Under the pieces are notes generated by a model. It ran no database searches. It worked only from the letters and a program-made list of their open reading frames with translations, and had not been told where the DNA came from. Made by a program: the position numbers and the translations under genes. This document shows, piece by piece, positions 16,694-24,887 of a DNA stretch of 64,000 nucleotides. Each line of letters starts with the position of its first letter. Position 1 is the first letter of the stretch. The DNA is from Patescibacteria group bacterium (GTDB lineage Bacteria; Patescibacteriota; Patescibacteriia; Patescibacteriales; JBAZCA01). The stretch covers positions 23,029 to 87,028 of the forward strand of contig JBAZCA010000004.1 of the NCBI GenBank assembly GCA_041671125.1. The letters run 5' to 3'.

Positions 16694-18154
16694 ATGTCAG
16701 AAATTTCAAACGCCATTAAGCAGATTTGCTCGGAAAAAGGATTAAGCTATGACGCGGTTTTAGCGACTATTGAGGCCGCTCTGGCCGCCGCTTACCGGAA
16801 AGATTTCGGCAACCGCCTGCAGAACATCAAAGTTGAATTTGATCCGGAAACCGCCCATATTAAAGCCTTTGACGTAAAGACCGTTGTTTCCGATCTCCCT
16901 GAGGAAGAATTAAAAGCCCTGGAAGAAGAAAGGGAAAGGGAAAGGCTTGATCCTAAAGCCCGGGCTGAAAGAGCGGAGAAAGAGAAGAAGGCGAGAAAAG
17001 AAGCCAGGGCGGAAAAAATTGAAGCCAAGACTGAAGAAAACTCCGCCTCTACCGAGACGGCAACCGAAGGCGAAGAAGAAGTAAAAAGGTTTAACCCGAA
17101 GACTGAAATCCAGCTTCGGGACGCGGTGATGCTGAAAAAAGATGCTGGTTTAGGCGAAGAAGTTCGGATGGAGCTCGCGGTTCCGGGAGAGTTCGGCCGG
17201 ATGGCCGCCCAGACCGCTAAACAGGTAATTATCCAGAAACTCCGTGAAGCCGAGCGGGACATGGTTTTTGAAGAGTTTAAAGATAAGGAAAAGGAAGTGG
17301 TTTCCGGCGTGATCCAACGCCGGGAAGGGCGGATTGTTCTCGTTGACCTCGGCAAAGCCGTCGGCATACTGCCGCCGGAAGAGCAGATCCGCGGGGAAAA
17401 TTATCGGCCCGGAGCCAGGCTGAAAGTTTTTGTCCGGGAAGTCCGGATGGGAGCCCGCGGCCCGGAAATAGTCCTTTCCCGCGTCTCGGAAGAAATTTTA
17501 AGAAAAGTTTTTTACTTAGAAATCCCGGAGATAGCGAACGGGCTTATTGAAATTAAAGCCGTGGCCCGGGAAGCCGGCGCCCGTTCAAAAGTGGCGGTGG
17601 CGACCGAGGCCGAGAACGTTGACCCGATCGGTTCCTGCGTTGGCCAGCGCGGTTCAAGGATTCAGACCATAATCTCGGAACTGGGCGGAGAAAAAGTGGA
17701 CATCATAGAATTTGACGCCGAACAGGAAAAATTTATCGCCAACGCCCTGTCGCCCGCGAAGATCGTAAGCATCAAGCTGAATAACGAAGAAAGGCGGGCT
17801 TCGGTAACGGTCAACGCCGACCAATTCTCTTTGGCTATCGGAAAAAGCGGCCAGAACGTCCGGCTGGCGGCTCACCTCACCGGCTGGAAAATTGACATTG
17901 AAGAAAACAAAAAAGAAAAAAAGAAAGATGAGGACGCTGGCGCGGACGAGGGTGAGCCGGAAGAAAGCGCTTTAGCCGAGCCTGAAGCTGAAACTCCGGA
18001 AAATGAAGCTCCGGCCGAAACCGAAAAATTACCGGAAAGCGCCTTAGTAGTAAAAGACGAAAAAAAAGTGAAGAAAGAAAAGAAAGCTACGGAGGACAAG
18101 AAAAAAACCAAAGTTAAAAAAACTGAAGAGAAGGAAGAAAAAGATGGAGAATAA
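16694..18154 (+). CDS. nusA: Transcription termination/antitermination factor NusA (with charged insertion and K/E-rich tail)
   Basis: 486 aa. It contains TAKQVIIQKLREAERDMVFEEF, an S1 domain, and KH domains (GACVGQRGSRIQ-like IGSCVGQRGSRIQTI, AIGKSGQNVRLAAHLTGWKIDI). Confidence 0.92.
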   Translation: MSEISNAIKQICSEKGLSYDAVLATIEAALAAAYRKDFGNRLQNIKVEFDPETAHIKAFDVKTVVSDLPEEELKALEEERERERLDPKARAERAEKEKKARKEARAEKIEAKTEENSASTETATEGEEEVKRFNPKTEIQLRDAVMLKKDAGLGEEVRMELAVPGEFGRMAAQTAKQVIIQKLREAERDMVFEEFKDKEKEVVSGVIQRREGRIVLVDLGKAVGILPPEEQIRGENYRPGARLKVFVREVRMGARGPEIVLSRVSEEILRKVFYLEIPEIANGLIEIKAVAREAGARSKVAVATEAENVDPIGSCVGQRGSRIQTIISELGGEKVDIIEFDAEQEKFIANALSPAKIVSIKLNNEERRASVTVNADQFSLAIGKSGQNVRLAAHLTGWKIDIEENKKEKKKDEDAGADEGEPEESALAEPEAETPENEAPAETEKLPESALVVKDEKKVKKEKKATEDKKKTKVKKTEEKEEKDGE

Positions 18155-18173
18155 TTAATAATAAAGACTCAAT

Positions 18174-19106
18174 ATGCCGGAAAAAATTTACGTTTTGGGC
18201 CACAAGTCGCCGGACTTGGACTCTGTGGCGGCGGCTATAAGCTACGCCCATTATAAAAATAAGACCGAAGAAACTGACGTTTACCTGCCCCGCGTTGCCG
18301 GCGGCTTAAACCGGGAGACCGAATACATCCTCGGTAAATTCGGTTTTGACGCGCCGGAAATTATGGAATCGGCCAAAGGGGAAAATGTCATTCTTGTTGA
18401 CCATAATGAATTATCGCAGGCGGCCGACGGTATGGACGAGGCGAAAATCGCGGAAGTCTTAGACCACCATAAAATTGATTTTAAATACGCCGAGCCGATG
18501 AGGTTTGAAACTTATCCCTGGGGTTCAACCTGCACTATCGTCGCCAATAAGATGTTTATGTCCGGACTGGAAATTTCGAAAAATATCGCCGCCCTCCAGC
18601 TTGCCGCGATATTGGTTGATACGGTAATAACCAAATCGCCGACCACGACCGATATGGATCGCGACATAATAGAGAAGCTTTCCGAACTCTCCGGCATTTC
18701 CGACTGGAAAAGATTTGGCCTGGAGATTTTTAAAATCCGTTCCAGCGCCAAGGAATTAGGCGCCGAGGAAATAATCAAATACGATTTTAAGGATTTTAAT
18801 TTCAAGACCGGAAAATTCGGCGTCGGCCAGGTGGAAACCGTTGACTTAAACGATTTTAGCGGCCGGGAAGACGAGCTTCTCGCTAAGTTAAAAGAAATCA
18901 GGGAAGCCGGCGGCTATCATTCAGTCATATTATTCATTACCGATATTATGAAAGAAGGGTCGCTTTTTCTCGTCGCCACTTCGGATCGGGAAAAAGTTGA
19001 GGCGGCTTTGGGCGGGAAGCTCCAAGATGACCGGGTTTATCTTAACGGCGTAATTTCCCGGAAAAAGCAGGTAGCACCGAAATTTATGGAGGTTTTTGAC
19101 AGATAA
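18174..19106 (+). CDS. ppaC: Family II (Mn-dependent) inorganic pyrophosphatase, DHH/DHHA2
   Basis: 310 aa. It contains VLGHKSPDLDSVAAAISYA, VDHNE and LDHHK motifs, plus a C-terminal DHHA2-like domain. Confidence 0.8.
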   Translation: MPEKIYVLGHKSPDLDSVAAAISYAHYKNKTEETDVYLPRVAGGLNRETEYILGKFGFDAPEIMESAKGENVILVDHNELSQAADGMDEAKIAEVLDHHKIDFKYAEPMRFETYPWGSTCTIVANKMFMSGLEISKNIAALQLAAILVDTVITKSPTTTDMDRDIIEKLSELSGISDWKRFGLEIFKIRSSAKELGAEEIIKYDFKDFNFKTGKFGVGQVETVDLNDFSGREDELLAKLKEIREAGGYHSVILFITDIMKEGSLFLVATSDREKVEAALGGKLQDDRVYLNGVISRKKQVAPKFMEVFDR

Positions 19107-19114
19107 GTGAGTCA

Positions 19115-19263
19115 AAAGCGAAACGAACATTTTAAATTTCTTCTGCGGAAGCGCCCGCAATTCGCTCTGTTTGCACGGATTTGCTAATGGCTTTGGCGTC
19201 AAAAGGTTAATGCTCAGTGGCGCACATGTCCTCGCGCGAAATTTAAAATGTTCGCTTCGCTTT
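19115..19263. repeat. Long hairpin element closed by a 26-nt terminal inverted repeat
   Basis: The left arm aaagcgaaacgaacattttaaatttc pairs with the right arm gaaatttaaaatgttcgcttcgcttt at 25 of 26 positions. The interior is GC-rich. Confidence 0.8.
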
Positions 19264-19287
19264 ATTTATAGATTAAAAATTGTTTGT

Positions 19288-20619
19288 ATGAATATTCAAA
19301 AAAACGATTTAGGAAAGTCGCAGATTGAAATTACAGTAGAATTGTCTGTTGAGGAATTCGCGCCTTACGTTTCCAAAGCGGCGGAAAAGATCGCCAAGGA
19401 CATAAAAATTGACGGTTTCCGGCCGGGGCACGCGCCGGTTGACATGGTTAAAAAGAAAGTTGGGGAAATTACCATCCTGGAAGAAGCCGCTAACCTGGCC
19501 ATTAATAAGACAATCGGCGAAATTTTTGAAAAGCATTTCGGCGAGGATCAGCCGATTGGCCGGCCCGATATCAGGATTACCAAACTGGCGCCCGGCAACC
19601 CGCTGGAATATAAAATTATCGCCGCGATTTTGCCGACGGTGGAACTTGGGGAGTATAAAAATTTCGGGCTGAAAAAGGACGAGATAAAAATAACCGATGA
19701 AGACGTCCAGAAAGTTGTCAGCCAGCTCGTTGAGATGAAAGCGAAAGAAGTGCTAGTTGACCGCGAAGCTCGGGAAGGCGATAAGATAATCGCCGATATT
19801 GAGATGTTTCAGGATAAAGTGCCGATTGAAGGTGGAAAAGGCAAGAACGCTTTTGTTATAATCGGCAAAGAGAATATTATTCCGGGGCTGGATAAGAAAC
19901 TAATGGGAATAAAAAAGGGCGAGGTTCGGGAATTTGAACTGCCCTACCCGGCTGATTTCCATCAAAAAAATCTAGCCGGAAAGATGGTTGAATTCCGGGT
20001 AAAGGCGATTGATGTTTTTGAACGGCAGCTGCCAAAAGCGGACGGCGAGTTAGCTAAAAGTTTCGGCGCCAAGACTCCGGAAGAAATGAAAGAAAACATA
20101 AAAAAAAGCCTTAAGCAGGAGAAAACCGACCAGGCTGAAGCCAGACTGGATTCGGAAATAATGGAGAAGATCGTGAAGAACGCGAAATACGGCGATATTC
20201 CTGAAGCCTTAATAAACGAAGAAATCCATAATTTAATGCATGAAATTGAACATCAGATTGAAGGCCAGGGCGGTAAATTTGAGGATTATCTTTTGAGCCT
20301 CAAAAAAACCAAAGGGGAATTCATGCTGGAGCTCTCCCCCGAAGCGGTCCGCCGGATAAAAATTGGTTTAGCTTTCAGGGAAATTATTAAAAAAGAAAAA
20401 ATTGAAGTGAGCGCGGCCGAAGTGGACAAGCGCCAGGAAGAATTATTAAAGCAGTATAAGGGTTACGAGAAGGTGGAGGAAAAAATCAGCGGCGCGGATT
20501 ATAAGAGACAGATCCACTCCATGATTCTCAATAAGAAAATTAACGATAAGCTCAGGGAATGGAATCTTACTGGTAAAAGCGGCCAGAAGATGGAAGAAGC
20601 GTCAGAAAGTGAAAAATAA
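19288..20619 (+). CDS. tig: Trigger factor
   Basis: It starts MNIQKNDLGKSQIEITVEL...FRPGHAPVDMVKKKVG and has PPIase and C-terminal domains. I trimmed the track start (19171) because the extra 39 aa are read from the 19115-19263 repeat. Confidence 0.88.
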   Translation: MNIQKNDLGKSQIEITVELSVEEFAPYVSKAAEKIAKDIKIDGFRPGHAPVDMVKKKVGEITILEEAANLAINKTIGEIFEKHFGEDQPIGRPDIRITKLAPGNPLEYKIIAAILPTVELGEYKNFGLKKDEIKITDEDVQKVVSQLVEMKAKEVLVDREAREGDKIIADIEMFQDKVPIEGGKGKNAFVIIGKENIIPGLDKKLMGIKKGEVREFELPYPADFHQKNLAGKMVEFRVKAIDVFERQLPKADGELAKSFGAKTPEEMKENIKKSLKQEKTDQAEARLDSEIMEKIVKNAKYGDIPEALINEEIHNLMHEIEHQIEGQGGKFEDYLLSLKKTKGEFMLELSPEAVRRIKIGLAFREIIKKEKIEVSAAEVDKRQEELLKQYKGYEKVEEKISGADYKRQIHSMILNKKINDKLREWNLTGKSGQKMEEASESEK

Positions 20620-20732
20620 TTGCACTCTGTAAATCCGTCCATCAAAGGGCGGATTTTTGGTTGCGCAAAAAAAACCTCCATCAGCCGCGCTCCTTAGGGG
20701 AGAGGGATAATGGAGGTGTGTGGGGCGGAGGG

Positions 20733-21029
20733 TCAGCGTTTTAATATCTTCTCCCCCGCCACCTTGTAGAACTCTCCAATTGCTTTGGAGAGTTCTAGGG
20801 TTAGGAGTTCTTCATGGGGGACGTCTTCCTCCAACGCCCCCAGAATTTTTACTATTTTGCGAAGCTCCGTTAGCTCCGCTTTTAACTCCCTCCTTTTTTT
20901 GAGAGAAAAAATTTCCCCCTCTAACGCCCTCTTCAGGGCGTATATTAATCTCCAGTTAAGACCACCGGAGATTGGCGCATAGACAAAAACATGGTCGGCC
21001 AGTTGGCCGACGAAGTGATAGAAAGACAT
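20733..21029 (-). CDS. Hypothetical 98-aa protein
   Basis: An ORF with its own downstream hairpin plus T run (about 20668-20722 on the minus strand). It is divergent from the TrmB-like regulator. I recognise no family. Confidence 0.45.
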   Translation of the reverse strand: MSFYHFVGQLADHVFVYAPISGGLNWRLIYALKRALEGEIFSLKKRRELKAELTELRKIVKILGALEEDVPHEELLTLELSKAIGEFYKVAGEKILKR

Positions 21030-21185
21030 ATTTTTTCCTCTCTCCTGCCAAAGGTAGGGTTATAAAAAGATCGATTGTATACATAAAAAATAGCTCTCGG
21101 CATGGGTACGAGCAATCTTAATATTTGTTAAAAGAGTAAGAGCCGGAAGTTAAGCATATCATTGCCAAAATAAAGGCCTTTTGTT

Positions 21186-21989
21186 ATGATGAATGACGCC
21201 AATAAATGGCGTCATAATTTAAAATACCGCGCGTCTATGGAATCATATTTAAAAAAAATGGGTTTTGAAGATAAGGAAACAAGGGTTTACCGGGCTTGCC
21301 TGGATTCAATAAAAACCACTCCGGCGGACATTGTCAAAGAAACCATGATAAGAAGAAGCACGGTTTATCTTTGTCTGGAAAAACTAAAAGGAAAAGGACT
21401 GATAGGGACGAGGATCGCGGGGCGGAGAAAATATATTTTCGCGGTTTCGCCGAAAGAGGCTTTTGAGAATTTCCTCGCGGGTGAAGAAGAAAAGTTGAAA
21501 CAAAACCGGAAAATTATTAGGAAACTAAAAATCAGGCTGGAAAAATCCGGAAGCCAAAAAAACCGGGAAACTGAAGTGAGTTTGTATGAGGGGAGCGCCG
21601 GGGCAAAAATCGTGATAGACAAAGTGTTAAAATCAAAAGAAGATATTTATTGGCTGGGTTCGCTTGATAATCTGCGTTCGGTCATGTCCGACGAAGAATT
21701 TTACCGGAAAATGACTCTTGAAAGAATGAAAGGCAAAACTACGCTTTATGTTATAACTGACGATGAGCGGCTTAAATCCGCCCGGCGGCGCGATAATTAT
21801 GGAAATTTTCGGAAAGTAAAATTACTGGAAAAGCGTTACGATATCCCGGCCACTCTCGCTATGTTCGGCGATAAGTTGATGATTGGTTCGGCTAAAGACA
21901 AAAAGATAAGAATAGTTCTCATAGAAGACGCGGCTATGGCACGGGCTGTCCGGTTTTTGTTTAATAATCTTTGGGAACGAATGGAGTAA
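21186..21989 (+). CDS. TrmB-family transcriptional regulator
   Basis: 267 aa. It has an N-terminal wHTH (GFEDKETRVYRACLDSIKTTPADIVKETMIRRSTVYLCLEKLKGKGLI) and a C-terminal effector-like domain. The true start may be the internal MES at about 21234. Confidence 0.7.
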   Translation: MMNDANKWRHNLKYRASMESYLKKMGFEDKETRVYRACLDSIKTTPADIVKETMIRRSTVYLCLEKLKGKGLIGTRIAGRRKYIFAVSPKEAFENFLAGEEEKLKQNRKIIRKLKIRLEKSGSQKNRETEVSLYEGSAGAKIVIDKVLKSKEDIYWLGSLDNLRSVMSDEEFYRKMTLERMKGKTTLYVITDDERLKSARRRDNYGNFRKVKLLEKRYDIPATLAMFGDKLMIGSAKDKKIRIVLIEDAAMARAVRFLFNNLWERME

Positions 21990-22047
21990 TACGGCTAAAA
22001 AGGGTAAAAGTCAGCCAAAATTAAACAACTTTTGCCGCTAAAACAGC

Positions 22048-22076
22048 TTGATTTTTCGCGAGTGATTTGTTATATT
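22048..22076 (+). promoter_or_regulatory. Putative smpB-ssrA promoter (TTGATT-17 nt-TATATT)
   Basis: Motif match with correct spacing, 40 nt upstream of the smpB ATG. Confidence 0.5.
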
Positions 22077-22116
22077 ATTTTAACGTAAAGGAATCTCAAT
22101 ATTTATAACAGCGTAT

Positions 22117-22584
22117 ATGCCGGCATTGGCGGAGAACAAAAAAGCATTTTTTGATTACGACCTTTTAGAAAAATTTGAGGCCGGGCTGGTTTTATATGGC
22201 CATGAGGTAAAATCCATTAAGACCGGCCACGTCAGCCTTAAAGGGTCTTACGTAACTTTTAAGGCGTCCGCCAAACCGGGAAAACTTCCCGAAGCTTACC
22301 TCATCAATTCCCATATTCCGCTATATAAGTTCGCGGGTAAAAACCTGCCGCACGATCCTTTAAGGTCAAGAAAACTACTCGTAAAGAAGAGCGAAATCAA
22401 TCATCTGATGGGCAAAAAGCAGGAACAAGGCTTGACACTCGTGCCCTTGAAAATATATACTAAGCATGGCCTTATAAAGCTTGAATTCGCTCTTGGCCGC
22501 GGGCGGAGAAAACATGACAAACGGGAAGTGATTAAGAAGCGGGAGGCCGACCGGACGATCAGGAGAACTTTGAAAACAAAATAG
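22117..22584 (+). CDS. smpB: SsrA-binding protein SmpB
   Basis: 155 aa. It contains ENKKAFFDYDLLEKFEAGLVLYGHEVKSIK...RSRKLLVKKSEI. It lies directly upstream of the tmRNA gene. Confidence 0.93.
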   Translation: MPALAENKKAFFDYDLLEKFEAGLVLYGHEVKSIKTGHVSLKGSYVTFKASAKPGKLPEAYLINSHIPLYKFAGKNLPHDPLRSRKLLVKKSEINHLMGKKQEQGLTLVPLKIYTKHGLIKLEFALGRGRRKHDKREVIKKREADRTIRRTLKTK

Positions 22585-22676
22585 TCCAGCAGTCAATTAG
22601 TCAGATAGTCAAAAGTCCGATAAGTCCGCTAGTCCGAAAAGACTGCTCAAGACTTTTGGACTTACTGACTTTGCGA
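22583..22676. repeat. AGTC/GACT word array between smpB and ssrA
   Basis: The words agtccagc-agtcaatt-agtcagat-agtcaaa-agtccgata-agtccgct-agtccgaaaa are followed by gactgctcaa-gacttttg-gacttact-gactttgc. It shares agtcaaaagtcc with the leuS-internal array. Confidence 0.75.
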
Positions 22677-22686
22677 CATTTATTAC

Positions 22687-23075
22687 GGGGATGATCGGTT
22701 TCGATAATAAAATTCTCTTGATTATACGCGAGGCGCGGGCATGGGTTACCGCGTTATCACTGCCCATAACCTATAAGTGCAAATTCATTTGCCAGCAAAG
22801 TTCGTAATGGCGTTTTCGCCGTTCCGGCTTTCGCTCCTGTTGTAGCTTAAAGCTCACAACCATTCGCCCGGCTACTCCTGATATCCGTCAGCGGGTGTAA
22901 TATTATCAGGATGCATTCGCGACCCGCCCTTGGCCGCGGGTAAAGACTAAAGGGGCTCGCCGCCGTTTATTTGGCCCGGTTTTAAGAACGGCGGTCAAAC
23001 CAAACAAGCCGGGATATTCTCGTAAACGTAAATTAAGGGATTTATTAGACGCGGGTTCGATTCCCGCCATCTCCA
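22687..23075 (+). ncRNA. ssrA: tmRNA (SsrA)
   Basis: The 5' end GGGGATGATCGGTTTCGA and the 3' end GACGCGGGTTCGATTCCCGCCATCTCCA form a tRNA-Ala-like acceptor (G3:U70) and T arm. The tag reading frame runs from GCA (22779) to TAA (22848-22850), with the stop in a hairpin loop. The gene is adjacent to smpB. Confidence 0.93.
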
Positions 23076-23081
23076 CATAGA

Positions 23082-23116
23082 GATTTGCGATTTGCGATTT
23101 GCGATTGACGATTTGT
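23082..23116. repeat. Heptamer array GATTTGC x3 + GATTGAC + GATTTGT
   Basis: A perfect 7-nt phase can be read directly. Positions 23097-23114 form an imperfect inverted repeat with 23483-23500. Confidence 0.8.
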
Positions 23117-23120
23117 TTTT

Positions 23121-23498
23121 ATGGATCAACGGGAGCTCAAAGATAGGTTTAAGAAATTCGCTTTGAGAATTATGAAGTTGGCTAATAGCCTTTCTTCTGT
23201 CAATCGTGGAAGGTTAATTGGAGATCAATTGTTTAGATCCGGAACTTCTTCGGCGGCTAATTACAGAGCCGCTTTAAGAGGGAGATCTGTTAATGAATTT
23301 ATTTCTAAGTTGTGTATTGCAGAAGAGGAGTTAGATGAATGCATGTTTTGGATGGAGTTAATGATTGAAGGCGGTTTTATGAGGGAAGAGATGATTAAGC
23401 CGCTCCTTAACGAGGCTAACGAATTATTATCAATAGTAATTTCCACAAAAAAAACCACAAGAAAAAATAAATTGCAAATAGAAAATCGACAATCGTAA
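23121..23498 (+). CDS. Four-helix-bundle protein (23S rRNA intervening-sequence protein / Avd-like family)
   Basis: 125 aa. It shows the typical FALRIMKLANSL...GDQLFRSGTSSAANYRAALRGRSVNEFISKLCIAEEELDECMFWMEL. Confidence 0.8.
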   Translation: MDQRELKDRFKKFALRIMKLANSLSSVNRGRLIGDQLFRSGTSSAANYRAALRGRSVNEFISKLCIAEEELDECMFWMELMIEGGFMREEMIKPLLNEANELLSIVISTKKTTRKNKLQIENRQS

Positions 23499-23514
23499 AT
23501 TAATCAGTCATACT

Positions 23515-23598
23515 GGTCCAGTGGTGGAACTGGTATACACGAGAGACTTAAAATCTCTTGAGGGCAACCTCATGTGGGTTCGACTCCCACCTGGACCA
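23515..23598 (+). tRNA. tRNA-Leu (TAA), class II with long variable arm
   Basis: Sequence is GGTCCAGTGGTGGAACTGGTATACACGAGAGACTTAAAATCTCTTGAGGGCAACCTCATGTGGGTTCGACTCCCACCTGGACCA. Confidence 0.92.
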
Positions 23599-23668
23599 CA
23601 AATTGATTTACGATTTAGTGGATTCAGCAATGTATGTAAATCGGAAATCGTCAATCGTAAATTCATAT

Positions 23669-23740
23669 GCGGGTATCGTATAGCGGCTATTATGCTACCT
23701 TGCCAAGGTAGAGATGGGGGTCCGACTCCCCCTACCCGCT
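23669..23740 (+). tRNA. tRNA-Gly (GCC)
   Basis: Sequence is GCGGGTATCGTATAGCGGCTATTATGCTACCTTGCCAAGGTAGAGATGGGGGTCCGACTCCCCCTACCCGCT. The T loop reads TCCGACT, so C replaces the near-universal U55. Confidence 0.85.
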
Positions 23741-23751
23741 CACAACAAAAA

Positions 23752-23778
23752 ATAACCCTTAAAGGGTTATTTTTATTT
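23752..23778 (+). terminator. Terminator after the tRNA-Leu/Gly pair
   Basis: ataaccc-ttaaa-gggttat followed by TTTTTATTT. Confidence 0.7.
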
Positions 23779-23911
23779 GGTTTAATAAAGAATCAGAGGT
23801 TCGACCCGAATTTAGGGTTAGTTTAACAGATAATTTTTGAATAAAACTACTAAATTTGTTAAACTAAAAATATTGATGAGATAATAAAATATAGGTTTAA
23901 GTAACAAAAAT

Positions 23912-24886
23912 ATGCGCAAATCAATCTGTTTAAAAGTTAAGACGATCAGGTATAGCGGCGATTCGGTTGGACGCGATATTCGCGTTGAGATTAAGGTCTT
24001 TAATAAATCTTTTCGTATTGACAAAAGGATCAAGATTGGAGAGATAAAAGATATCAATCAGGAGATAGAAAGAATTGAAACAGACAAAAAATTATTGGAA
24101 TCAGATATTTCCATCACTGTTATTGAGAAAGACTTATTATTTAGCGATACCGGTAATACCAAGGGTAATATTAAAATTGATACCGCCTCAACAAAGTCGC
24201 AATCATTCATGTTTGAAGTTGAAGTAAAAGAAAGTCGTTCCTTCTTAAGTAAATTGTTTTGGGGGAGAAGATCGGCGGTTTTTGAGATTGAGCTAGAGGC
24301 TCAATCCGGCGAAATTGAACGGTTTACACCGGATATTGAAAATGGTGATGGCTGGATCGTAACCAAAAACAACAAGGGAGAAAGTATCTCATTGCCGGCT
24401 TATGTTAAGGTTACCCCTAAATATATCAAGGGCGGACGCGAATATTTTGTTCCGTTGGAAGGAACGCATCGGGACGAATTGTTATCGGTTCCGCAACAGG
24501 ATAGCAACTCATCTTACCTTATATCCGGCGTTCAGCATGCGCCTATGGTTAAAGCCACTTATTCTATTTCCAAAAAAATTTTCGTATTAAACGGAAAGCA
24601 ATATAAAGCGACCGACGATCCGGATGCTCCCTGGAAGAAAGGGGTATATAATATCGGAATACCTGATTTTCCTCATGGGCGCAATAATAGATATGCTGAA
24701 GCAATAAGGCAAAAGATTTGGTTTCCGATTAATTTTGAAAGCGCAAGATATTTACATGTTGGCGCTCATTCCCTGGGCTGTATGACCATAATTGAAACCA
24801 CTCGTTGGATGGAAATATATAATTCGTTAATTAAGGCGCGCAAAGGAGATTTAAAAAACGTGGGCGTTGTCGAGGTAATAGATTAA
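23912..24886 (+). CDS. Hypothetical protein with C-terminal Tlde1/DUF2778-like (YkuD-type L,D-transpeptidase fold) domain; novel N-terminal region
   Basis: 324 aa with no signal peptide. The C-terminus reads VLNGKQYKATDDPDAPWKKGVYNIGIPDFPHGRNNRY...IWFPINFESARYLHVGAHSLGCMTIIETTRW...VGVVEVID. This matches the remembered DUF2778 pattern (G-x-Y-x-IG ... R-x-F-x-IHG ... S-x-GC-I ... L-x-V). The assignment rests on motifs only. Confidence 0.45.
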   Translation: MRKSICLKVKTIRYSGDSVGRDIRVEIKVFNKSFRIDKRIKIGEIKDINQEIERIETDKKLLESDISITVIEKDLLFSDTGNTKGNIKIDTASTKSQSFMFEVEVKESRSFLSKLFWGRRSAVFEIELEAQSGEIERFTPDIENGDGWIVTKNNKGESISLPAYVKVTPKYIKGGREYFVPLEGTHRDELLSVPQQDSNSSYLISGVQHAPMVKATYSISKKIFVLNGKQYKATDDPDAPWKKGVYNIGIPDFPHGRNNRYAEAIRQKIWFPINFESARYLHVGAHSLGCMTIIETTRWMEIYNSLIKARKGDLKNVGVVEVID

Positions 24887-24887
24887 T

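Noticed and set aside
16792-17367. 191-aa ORF antisense to nusA. Similar long antisense ORFs lie at 26093-26584 (antisense to purL), 60309-60947 and 49880-50305.
   Set aside because: They overlap strongly supported genes on the other strand. They are low-complexity or S/R-rich and have no recognisable motifs. They are a by-product of purine-rich or GC-skewed coding sequence.
19171-19287. N-terminal 39-aa extension of trigger factor given in the ORF track.
   Set aside because: The extension is read from the 19115-19263 hairpin element. The canonical trigger-factor N-terminus starts at the ATG at 19288.
23121-23498. A diversity-generating retroelement, suggested by the Avd-like four-helix-bundle protein.
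   Set aside because: There is no reverse transcriptase ORF. I could find no template/variable repeat pair differing at adenines in the window.
23786-23812. The sequence cagaggttcgacccgaatttagggtt as a possible tRNA 3'-end remnant (an att site) marking the island boundary.
   Set aside because: It contains GGTTCGA, but the flanks cannot form a T stem. It does not match the 3' ends of tRNA-Gly, tRNA-Leu or ssrA, so it is too weak to call.
23521-23826. 101-aa ORF across tRNA-Leu and tRNA-Gly. ORFs at 42018-42479 and 42283-42513 cross tRNA-Leu(CAG).
   Set aside because: They overlap well-formed tRNA cloverleaves and are artefacts of six-frame translation.
24700-24800. The AHSLG motif in the 324-aa protein as a lipase/esterase nucleophile elbow (as in the AHSMG lipases).
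   Set aside because: Only about 40 residues follow the motif. That is too few to supply the Asp and His of an alpha/beta-hydrolase triad. The flanking pattern fits the DUF2778/YkuD-type S-x-G-C motif better.
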